Positions 42,483-50,367 of a stretch of 64,000 nt of DNA are shown piece by piece. The translations under genes and the position numbers were made by a program. The notes below the pieces were generated by a model. The model ran no database searches, was not told where the DNA came from, and was given only the letters and a program-made list of their open reading frames with translations. The stretch's first letter is position 1; every line of letters starts with the position of its first letter. The stretch comes from Ilumatobacteraceae bacterium (GTDB lineage Bacteria > Actinomycetota > Acidimicrobiia > Acidimicrobiales > Ilumatobacteraceae): positions 17,257 to 81,256 of the forward strand of contig CAVYWH010000010.1 in NCBI GenBank assembly GCA_963772085.1, in the 5' to 3' direction.

Positions 42483-43216
42483 TCAACGAGTTCACCGTCA
42501 ATCGGCCGATCGACGAGGCGTGGGCGATCATCACCGACGTCGAGCGGATCGCTCCGTGTCTGCCGGGTGCCGAACTCCAAGAGATCGAGGGCGAGACCTA
42601 TCGCGGCGTGGTGAAGGTCAAGCTCGGGGCCATCTCCAGCCAGTTCAAGGGAGAGGCGAACTTCCTCGATCGCGACGACGCCGCGTATCGAGCGGTCATC
42701 AAGGGGGCTGGGCGTGACACGGGTGGCCGTGGCAACGCGTCAGCCGAGATCACCGCACAGGCCGAGAGCCTGTCGCCGACCAGCACCAAGGTGACCGTGA
42801 GCACCGATCTCCACATCACCGGCAAGGTCGCCCAGTTCGGCCGAGGCATCATGGGTGACGTCAGCTCCAAGCTGATGGCACAGTTCGCCAACAACCTCAA
42901 CGAGATGCTCGACGAGCAGGGCCTCGACACCGCCGCGGCGGACACGACCGAGCCGGCGGCGGCGGCCGAATCTGCCGCAGCTCCTCCGCCGGCGGCGGCG
43001 GACGACGCCGCGACGACCACCGAGACCACGAGTGCGGAACGGCGGGAGCCGACACGGCGAGCGCACCCACGTCGCAGGTCCGCAAGATCAACGGCCCCGC
43101 CACCGAGCCCATCGACCTGATGGAAGTGGGCGGCAGCTCGATCCTCAAGCGGGCGGTGCCGGCGGCCGTCGCGTCTGCTGCTCGTGTTGCTCCTGTTGCG
43201 TCGCCGCCGAGGTTGA
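42467..43216 (+). pseudogene. coxG: SRPBCC-fold CoxG-like protein with C-terminal hydrophobic anchor; two frame changes (near 43045 and 43178)
   Basis: MAEQLINEFTVNRPIDEAWAIITDVERIAPCLPGAELQEIEGETYRGVVKVKLGAISSQFKG... The tail VRKINGPATEPIDLMEVGGSSILKRAVPAAVA is in ORF 43120... The final LLLVLLLLRRRRG-stop (TGA 43214-43216) is back in the original frame. Confidence 0.75.
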
Positions 43217-43672
43217 TGGACGATCACGAGCGCGTCACCGAGCTGCTCGGCCGGCGGCCCCGCGGCTCGTTCGAGGTCGTGGTCCGGGATGCCGACGGCG
43301 ACCCGGTCGTCGTGCGCAACGCACCGTTCCTCGACGATGGCACGCCGATGCCGACCCGCTATTACCTCGTCGCCGCCGACCTCGTACGCGACGTCAGCAG
43401 GATCGAGGCGGCCGGCGGTGTGAATCGTGCCGAAGCCGAACTCGATCCCGACGACATCATCGCGACCCACGAGCGGTACGCGCGAGGAGCGGTCCCGGGC
43501 GATCCCCGACGACCACGTCGGCCCGCGCCCGTTCGGTGGGGTCGGCGGCACCCGGGTCGGCGTCAAGTGTCTGCACGCCCACGTCGCCCACCTCCTGGCC
43601 ACCGGCGACGACGTCGTCGGCCGCTGGACGCTCGACCAGATCGAACTCGCCACCGGCCAGGCATACCCCACC
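43216..43672 (+). pseudogene. DUF501-domain protein; one frame change near 43490, no stop codon before the following palindrome
   Basis: ATG overlaps the coxG stop (TGATG). VVVRNAPFLDDGTPMPTRYYLV...VSRIEAAGGV (ORF 43120.. frame), then HVGPRPFGGVGGTRVGVKCLHAHVAHLLATGDDVVGRW (ORF 43427..). Confidence 0.75.
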
Positions 43673-43715
43673 GCGATGAGCGAACGGCCCGATAGTCGGG
43701 CCGTTGGCTCATCGC
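43673..43715. repeat. Third copy of the 43-nt REP-like palindrome (GCGATGAGCGAACGGCCCGAtagTCGGGCCGTTgGCTCATCGC)
   Basis: One mismatch relative to 9040-9082. Lies in frame within ORF 43427..44266 (translated AMSERPDSRAVGSS). Confidence 0.85.
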
Positions 43716-44266
43716 CTCGCGGGACGAACCTCGACCCGGGCGGGCTGACGGTCACGATCGCCGACGACACCGTCGAGATCGCCATGACCGGCGGCGCACG
43801 GCACTCGATGCCGGTCGGCCCGCGCACGATCGGCGACGTCGAGTTCGAGCGGCGGGACCCGCCCCCTCCGGCCTGCCTGACGAACGCGCTCGGCACGGTC
43901 CACGACCATCTCGACGACATGCTGATCGAGTCGCCGATCATCGCCGGCGCGCCGTCGGTCGTGTTCGTCGGCCATCACGCCGGTTCGCTGGCACGCGTCG
44001 AGTTCGGCGACGACGTGGTGCCAGCCGGGTACCGGGCAACGCGGGGCGCCATCGAGGAGGTGTTCCGCACGATGGTCGCGGAACCGCCCGGTGAACGGCG
44101 GGCCAATCCGGGCCTCGACGACGACCACGTCGGCACGATCATCGCGACGTGCTGCGTGGTGCTCGCAATCATGCGACGATTGGCGCTCGGCGAGGCTCGC
44201 TTCGTCGAGCACGCACCATCACCATCCGACGCGTCAACGGAACCACTGCACGAAGAGGCGAACTGA
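43716..44266 (+). CDS. Ppx/GppA-like protein fragment (resembles only the C-terminal actin-like domain); start undefined
   Basis: LTVTIADDTVEIAMTGGARHSMPVGPRTI...SVVFVGHHAGSLARVE...ERRANPGLDDDHVGTIIATCCVVLAIMRRLAL resembles domain II of actinobacterial Ppx2. This is a recollection-based comparison, not a search result. It follows DUF501, as ppx does in actinobacteria. Confidence 0.45.
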
Positions 44267-44269
44267 AGC

Positions 44270-44902
44270 ATGTCGTTACGGCACCCGTCCCGTCCGACCA
44301 CACCGCTGCGCCTCTACGGCAAGCGGATCATGTTGCGCCCGCTGTCGGCCAACGATTTCCGCGAATGGAGCGAGGTCCGCCGCCGCAACCACGACTGGCT
44401 GACGGTGTGGGAGCCCAGTCGCCACGCGCACCAGGCCGACCCGATGAACGATCGCTCGGCGTACATGGCCCGGGTCCTCCAGCGCGACCGAGACCGATCG
44501 AACGGCACGGCGTACCAGTTCGGGTTGTTCCTCGACCAGCACGTGGCGGGCGAGGTCAATCTGAACAACGTCACCCGCGGGGCGATGCAGTCGGGCACGA
44601 TCGGCTACTGGATCGACCAGGCCCACGCCGGCAACGGGTACGTCGCCGAGGCGGTGGTCGTGGTCATCCAGTTCGCGTTCGAGCAACTGGGCCTGCACCG
44701 GGTCGAGATCTGCATCGTGCCGCGCAACGAGCGGAGCCGCCGGGTGATGGAGAAGCTCGATGTCCGCGAAGAGGGCATCGCGCAGCGCTACCTCGAGATC
44801 AACGGCGTGTGGGAGGACCACATCCGCTACGGCATGACCATCGAGGAATGGCACGTCAGGCGCCACGAACTCATGGCGGACTGGGTCGAAACCGTCCTCT
44901 AG
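44270..44902 (+). CDS. GNAT-family N-acetyltransferase (RimJ/RimL-like)
   Basis: Intact 210-aa ORF: LRPLSANDFREWSEVRRRNHDWL...GYWIDQAHAGNGYVAEAVVVVIQFAFEQLGLHRVEICIVPRNERSRRVMEKL. Confidence 0.8.
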   Translation: MSLRHPSRPTTPLRLYGKRIMLRPLSANDFREWSEVRRRNHDWLTVWEPSRHAHQADPMNDRSAYMARVLQRDRDRSNGTAYQFGLFLDQHVAGEVNLNNVTRGAMQSGTIGYWIDQAHAGNGYVAEAVVVVIQFAFEQLGLHRVEICIVPRNERSRRVMEKLDVREEGIAQRYLEINGVWEDHIRYGMTIEEWHVRRHELMADWVETVL

Positions 44903-44967
44903 AACTGCCCGCTGAAACCGTCACCTGCAACGCGGGTGCGGCGGGAGCCGCTGGTCAGCCGGGCTGA

Positions 44968-45306
44968 TCAGTAGCTGGCCAGGCCGGCGTTCTCGCGAGC
45001 CACCTGCATCTGCTGGGCGCGATCTCGACGCAGCTGCGTGCGACGCTTCCACATCTTGGTCTTCCAGTGCCGCTTCGTGCGGGTGCGCTTTGCCAGCTTG
45101 CTCTTGGCGATCTCCGCATCGTGATGATGCATCGGCTTCCATGCCGCTCCGGGCTCATGGACGTCTGAGGGGTCGAGCCCCGAACAGACATCATTCGCCA
45201 CACTTTGCAGTTCCGAATGGATCCGGTGCCGCTCGCCATGGGCGTGGGCACGCAATTCCTGCTTCGGCGGCAATGGCACCTCTGCGGTGCGGTGTCGCTG
45301 ACTCAT
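44968..45306 (-). CDS. Small basic protein of unknown function
   Basis: Met 45306 is preceded by TAGGAGGTAG, a strong Shine-Dalgarno sequence. 112 aa, His-rich centre, Lys/Arg-rich C-terminus (KSKLAKRTRTKRHWKTKMWKRRTQLRRDRAQQ). I recognise no family. Confidence 0.55.
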   Translation of the reverse strand: MSQRHRTAEVPLPPKQELRAHAHGERHRIHSELQSVANDVCSGLDPSDVHEPGAAWKPMHHHDAEIAKSKLAKRTRTKRHWKTKMWKRRTQLRRDRAQQMQVARENAGLASY

Positions 45307-45459
45307 CTGGCTACCTCCTACTTTGCGGTTTCCGAACATTGGTTCGGTCGCCTCGGTGGATTCGGTGCTCTCCCCTGCGATCGACCGTAGCCGAGCGGCG
45401 CGTCCCCCAGCGAGGCAACTGTGTAACGATTCTGCGCGATCGTCTGCCGCCGCCTGTGC

Positions 45460-46227
45460 TCACTTGCTCGTGATCCGCTGCTGCATCGCCGCCAGTCGTT
45501 CGGCGAACCACGGCTGCTGGGTGCTCCACAACTGCGGCACGAGTTCGCGTTCGACCGCCGCGGAGTGCTCGCCGATGTCGGCCATGTCGAGGATCGTCTG
45601 CTTCGTGCGGATGGCGAGTTCGCGCGGGGCCGAGGCGGCGCGGGCGGCGAACTCGTGCGCCACCTCGAGCAGCGATTCGCTCGGCACCGATTTGTAGGCG
45701 AGCCCGATGCGCTCCGCTTCCGCGCCGTCGAGCACCTGGCCGAAGATCACCGCCGCCATCGCCGCCTGGGGCCCGGCGATGCGGCGCAGCATCCAGGTGT
45801 GCCCGCCGCCCGGGTGGATGCCGAGCTGCAGGAACCGCGTGTCGAGCTTGGCCCGGTCGGCGACGATGCGCACGTCGCATCCGAGCGCCAGGTTCATCCC
45901 CGCGCCGACCGCCGCACCGTTGACCGCGGCGAGCGTCGGGAGCGGGCTGCGGGCGATGCGCAGGAAACCCTCGTAGATCGTGCCCAGGCTGTCACCGGTC
46001 GCTTCGGCGAGGTTGCCGAGGTTGGCGCCGGCGCAGAACGCCGGCGGCGTGCCGGTGACGACGATGGCGCCCACGCCGTCATCGGCCTCGAACGCGTCCA
46101 TCGCGGCGAGGATCTCGGCCACCATCGCCGCGGTGAGCGTGTTGCGTTCGTCGGGGTTGTTGAGCGTCAGCGTGCCGACGCGATCGGACACGTCGGTCAA
46201 CACGAGCGGAGCGGGGTCTGTCGCCAT
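45460..46227 (-). CDS. Enoyl-CoA hydratase/isomerase (crotonase) family protein
   Basis: VGTLTLNNPDERNTL...IVVTGTPPAFCAGANL...LAAVNGAAVGAGMNLALGCDVRI. Start taken at Met 46227 within ORF 45460..46410. Confidence 0.85.
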   Translation of the reverse strand: MATDPAPLVLTDVSDRVGTLTLNNPDERNTLTAAMVAEILAAMDAFEADDGVGAIVVTGTPPAFCAGANLGNLAEATGDSLGTIYEGFLRIARSPLPTLAAVNGAAVGAGMNLALGCDVRIVADRAKLDTRFLQLGIHPGGGHTWMLRRIAGPQAAMAAVIFGQVLDGAEAERIGLAYKSVPSESLLEVAHEFAARAASAPRELAIRTKQTILDMADIGEHSAAVERELVPQLWSTQQPWFAERLAAMQQRITSK

Positions 46228-46288
46228 GGGGTCAGTCTGACACGAGCTGCTTCGACCGCCGCGAGCCGGGTTAGCCTGCCCAGCGCAG

Positions 46289-46909
46289 ATGTTGGACCAC
46301 GTCTTCACCGATGCGATCAGCGCCCTCCGCGACGCGTTCGAGGCCGCGTTCCTCGAGCGACAGGCCTTCGAGGAACACTTCCAGTCCGACGTGCTGCTCG
46401 GCGATCTCACCTGGGAGACCAGCTACGGCCTGCCGGGCGAGGGCGAACCGCCTCGGGTCGTGGCGCACATCACGTTCGACTGGCCGTCGTGGAGCCAGGC
46501 CGCGTATCGCCAGTGGTACGTCGAGGAGATGCTCGAGCGGCGGCCGGCGATCGAGATGGAGATCGTGCTGCGCGTCCAGCGCCTCGCCGGGCCGGTCGAT
46601 CCGAGCGCGTTCTATGCGGCGGTGCCGGACCACAGTCCGCTCGTCGGCGACGATCGGCTCGAACGGGCCGGGCTGACCGCGGAGATCGCGTTCCCCGATC
46701 CGTCGGGCGATCCGGAGGACACCGAGATCGAGTACGCGGTCGAGATCACCTACGAGGGCCTGTACGAACTCGCCGAGGAGACCGTGGCCGACGGCACGAG
46801 CACCCTGCTCGACGACCACTTCGGCGCGCTCGGCGGCTGGATCGCCTCCACGCTGGTGAAGTTGGGCGACCTGCAGCTCGCCTTCCTCCCCGCCGAAGAC
46901 CTCGACTGA
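46289..46909 (+). CDS. Hypothetical acidic protein
   Basis: Intact 206-aa ORF with GC-rich third positions like its neighbours. I recognise no motif. Confidence 0.5.
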   Translation: MLDHVFTDAISALRDAFEAAFLERQAFEEHFQSDVLLGDLTWETSYGLPGEGEPPRVVAHITFDWPSWSQAAYRQWYVEEMLERRPAIEMEIVLRVQRLAGPVDPSAFYAAVPDHSPLVGDDRLERAGLTAEIAFPDPSGDPEDTEIEYAVEITYEGLYELAEETVADGTSTLLDDHFGALGGWIASTLVKLGDLQLAFLPAEDLD

Positions 46910-47005
46910 CCCTTCGACTGACCTCGCGCGTGCTGGGTCTGACCCCACGTGTGCACCTGCGGCTGCCGAATGTCTGGTTGCCCGGTGGGTGCGCGACAAT
47001 CGGGA

Positions 47006-47791
47006 ATGGCCGATGACTGCGTACTGATGGACGTCTCCGAGCGGATCGCCACGATCACGCTCAACCGACCCGAGGCGCGCAACGCCCTGTCGAGCGAGGT
47101 GCTGCGGTTGTTGCCGGAGCTGATGCGCCAGGCCGAAGCGAGCGCCGACGTCGACGTGTTGATCCTCACCGGCACCGATCCCGCGTTCTGCGCCGGGCTC
47201 GACCTGAAGGAACTCGGATCGTCGGCCGGCAACCTCGGCGGTGGCAGCGGCGCTGACGGCGGCCGGAACAGCGACGGCGTACGCGGCCCGTTCCCGAAGC
47301 TCAGCAAGCCGCTGATCGGTGCGGTGAACGGTGTGGCGATCACCGGCGGGTTCGAACTCGCGCTCAACTGCGACTTCCTCGTCGCCAGCGAGCACGCCAA
47401 GTTCGGCGACACCCACTCGCGGGTCGGGGTCATGCCCGGCTGGGGTCTGACCGTGCTGTTGCCCCAGGCGGTCGGCATCCGCCGGGCGCGGGAGATGAGC
47501 TTCACCGGGAACTTCATGCTCGCCGACGAGGCGCTGGCGTTCGGCCTCGTCAACCACGTGGTGCCGCACGCCGAGTTGATCCCCGCGACCCGCAGGCTCG
47601 CGCTCGACATCATCGGCAACGACCAGGCCGGCGTCCGCCAGATCCGTTCGACCTACGCGATGATCACGAGCGACGACGACCACTGGGAGATCGAGGCTCG
47701 CGACAGCCGGGCGTGGCGCCGCACGATGTTCAGCCCCGATCAGGTCGCCGCCCGCCGCCAAGCCATCCAAGCCCGCGGCCAACAGCAGTAA
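47006..47791 (+). CDS. Enoyl-CoA hydratase/isomerase (crotonase) family protein
   Basis: IATITLNRPEARNAL...LILTGTDPAFCAGLDL...IGAVNGVAITGGFELALNCDFLVAS. Start at Met 47006 of ORF 46949..47791. Confidence 0.85.
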   Translation: MADDCVLMDVSERIATITLNRPEARNALSSEVLRLLPELMRQAEASADVDVLILTGTDPAFCAGLDLKELGSSAGNLGGGSGADGGRNSDGVRGPFPKLSKPLIGAVNGVAITGGFELALNCDFLVASEHAKFGDTHSRVGVMPGWGLTVLLPQAVGIRRAREMSFTGNFMLADEALAFGLVNHVVPHAELIPATRRLALDIIGNDQAGVRQIRSTYAMITSDDDHWEIEARDSRAWRRTMFSPDQVAARRQAIQARGQQQ

Positions 47792-47803
47792 CCGCCCGTC
47801 ATT

Positions 47804-47858
47804 CCACGTTTGCGTCGCGATTCGGCGTCGCGAGCGCGAAAGCGCGACGCAAACGTGG
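47804..47858. terminator. Perfect 16-bp inverted repeat CCACGTTTGCGTCGCG ... CGCGACGCAAACGTGG with 23-nt loop between convergent genes
   Basis: Read directly. The loop contains a second GCGTCGCG (47825-47832) that could pair alternatively with 47843-47850. Confidence 0.55.
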
Positions 47859-47884
47859 ATGAGCGCGGTGGCGGATCGACCGGG

Positions 47885-48871
47885 TCAGATCGCGGCGCCG
47901 CGGGTGCGGAGTTCGTCGCGGATCGCCTGGGCGATGTCGAGGGCGAGGATCTCGGCGCCGTTGGTGTTGAGGTGGAAGCCGTCGTCGGAGCGGACGTCCT
48001 TGCCCTGGCTGTCGCGGGGATCGATGACGAACTCGGCCCAGTTGCCGTCGCGGCCGGAGAACCGGGCCCACGTGTCGATGAAGACGACGTTGTCGCGCGC
48101 TGGCCGCTTCGGCCCGGACCGCCTGGTCCTGGATGCGCAGCCGGGCGGTGACGTCGGGGTTGTCGTCGTTCGGGATGCCGACCCACACCACCGTCGCCCC
48201 GTTGGCGCCCATCAGGTCCATCACCTCGCCGACGCGGGTTCGGTACTCCGCCGTCCAGTCGGCCTCGTCGGAGACCGGGTCGGACACGATGAACGTGCCG
48301 TCCTCGACCGCCAGCCCCTGGGAGTCGTTGCCGCCGAACGTCGCCACCACGATGTCGGGGTCGACCTCGGGCAGCTTCGCTTCGAGCTCGGCCGGCCAGT
48401 CGAAGAAGTCGGGCCGGGCGAGGCCGGACGACACCTTGTAGTTGAGTTCGGTGTCGACGATGTTGGTGCTGTCGAGCAACGACTGCAGGTACGGGCCGAA
48501 CGTGCCGGCGTCGCTGTCGCCGACGATGTACACCGAGGCCGGGTTCGTCGGCCGTCGGCGGGCCGGTGTCTCGGGCGCGGTGTCGGCCGGAACGGTCGTC
48601 GACGCCACCGTCGGCGGGTGACGACGGATCGGTCGCGGATCGGTCGCGGATCGGTCGTGAGGCCGACGACGCCCGGTTCGGTCGTCTCCGGAGCTTCGGC
48701 ATCGGCGACCGGGTCGTCGCCGGTGGTCAGGCTGCCCACCACGCGGACCGCGCCGAACACGATCAGGCCCACGATGCCGAGCGCGACGACGCGCCGCGCC
48801 ATGTACGTGCGGCGGCTGGCGCGGCGAGCTGAGCGGCGACCTGACTGTCGACCTGACTTGGAACCGGACAT
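47885..48871 (-). pseudogene. Membrane-anchored SGNH/GDSL-family hydrolase (DUF459-like); two frame changes (near 48615 and 48090)
   Basis: MSGSKSGRQSGRRSARRASRRTYMARRVVALGIVGLIVFGAV (anchor), then VYIVGDSDAGTFGPY...VVATFGGNDSQG...VVWVGIPN (ORF 47799..48608), then DNVVFIDTWARF...SDDGFHLNTNGAEILA...RTRGAAI-stop in a third frame. Confidence 0.75.
48626..48658. repeat. Tandem repeat 3 x 11 bp (GGATCGGTCGC GGATCGGTCGC GGATCGGTCGT) inside the SGNH hydrolase linker
   Basis: Read directly. Removing one unit brings the N-terminal ORF (48919 frame) and the catalytic ORF (48608 frame) into register. Confidence 0.9.
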
Positions 48872-49055
48872 GACGCCCTCAACGATACGAACCAGCGGCC
48901 GCCGGAGACCGGCATACACGCAGATTTCGAGGAGATGAACTCCGCGCCGACCGCGGGCGGGTTGCTCCCAAACGCGCCCTTACCGCTTGGTAGCTTTGCG
49001 GGTCACCGTGAACATCTGGCGAATCACCGCCAGAGCACATCTCTGAAGGGGAGAC

Positions 49056-50226
49056 ATGATCAAGAGCAAGAGGATTCTTGCGCTCGGCGTCGTCGCCGCA
49101 CTGGGCTTCCGCAGCCTGCGGCAGTGACGACGACGACAGCGCCGTCCACCGACGCACCCGCCGGCACCGAGGCACCGGCGGAGAGCACCGACCGCACCGA
49201 GGCATCGGCGCACCCCGACCGGCACCGAGGCTCGGCGACAGCACCGCGCCGACCGACGCGAGGCGCCCGCAGGCAGCGACGCCCCCGCCGGTGAGTGCGA
49301 CGCCGCCGTCGGCGTCGTGTACGACATCACCGGTCGTGGCGACAAGTCGTTCAACGACGCCGCCGGCGCCGGCCTCGACAAGGCCGTCGCCGACCTCGGC
49401 GTCATCGCATCCGAGTGCACCCCGACCGGTGACGGCGACCGCGCCGAGCGCGTCACGGGCTTCGTCGACGACGGCAACGACCTCGTCGTCGGTGTCGGCT
49501 TCCTGTTCGGTGACTCGATCACCGCGGCATCGGCCGCCGCTCCCGACACCAACTTCGCCATCGTCGACTCGGTCGTCGAAGCCGACAACGTGGCGTCGCT
49601 CGTCTTCGCCGAGGAGCAGGGCTCGTTCCTCGTCGGTGCCGCCGCGGCGCTGAAGAGCCAGACCGGCACCATCGGCTTCATCGGTGGCGTCGAGAACGAA
49701 CTCATCCAGAAGTTCGAGGCCGGCTACACCGCTGGCGCGCCAGGCCGTCAACCCGGACATCGAGGTGCTCTCCAACTACATCAGCCAGCCGCCGGACTTC
49801 ACCGGCTTCAACGACCCGGCCAAGGGCAAGGAACTCGCCGCCGCCCAGTACGAGGCCGGCGCTGACGTCATCTACTCGGCCGCTGGTGGATCCGGCCTCG
49901 GCGCCTTCGAGGCGGCAGCCGCCGCTGGCGAGCCCGGCGAGGTGTGGGCGATCGGTGTCGACTCCGACCAGTACGAACTGGTGTCGCCCGAGCTGCAGCC
50001 CTACATCCTGACCTCGATGCTGAAGAAGGTCGACGTCGCCGCGTACGACACGATCGAAGCGATCTGCGACGGCAGCTTCGAAGGTGGCGTGCAGATGTTC
50101 GACATCGCGTCCGACGGCGTCGGCTACTCGACGAGCGGCGGCTTCGTCGACGACATCGCCGACCAGCTCGACGAGTTCAAGGAGCAGATCGTCAGCGGCG
50201 AGATCGAAGTCCCGACGGCTCCCTGA
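49056..50226 (+). pseudogene. BMP-family (PnrA/Med-like) nucleoside-binding ABC substrate-binding lipoprotein; several frame changes
   Basis: MIKSKRILALGVVAALGF..ACGSDDDD lipobox (shifted), a low-complexity Thr/Ala/Pro/Glu linker, then VGVVYDITGRGDKSFNDAAGAGL...IGFIGGVENELIQKFEAGY (ORF 49317..) and NPDIEVLSNYISQ...VWAIGVDSDQY...TSMLKKVD (ORF 49684..50226). Confidence 0.8.
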
Positions 50227-50367
50227 TCGCGGTCACCGATCGCTCGAGCGATCGACGATCGACCGTTGAAGCTGCCCGCCCGGTTCGCCGGGCGGGCATC
50301 TTCGCGTCACGGCCGAGGCGCGGCACCGGATCGACTAAACATTCCACGATGAGTTCGACGGAGCGGG

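Noticed and set aside
19441-43215. Calling the 24-kb interval a mobile genomic island or prophage.
   Set aside because: There is no integrase, transposase, phage gene, tRNA or flanking direct repeat, and its last gene overlaps the backbone gene. Only the synteny argument remains, and it is reported as such.
49100-49300. Repeated GCACCGAGGC units as a tandem DNA repeat or VNTR.
   Set aside because: The copies are imperfect. They correspond to a Thr/Ala/Pro/Glu-rich linker after the lipobox of the BMP lipoprotein. This is typical low-complexity linker coding, although it probably contributes to the local indel errors.
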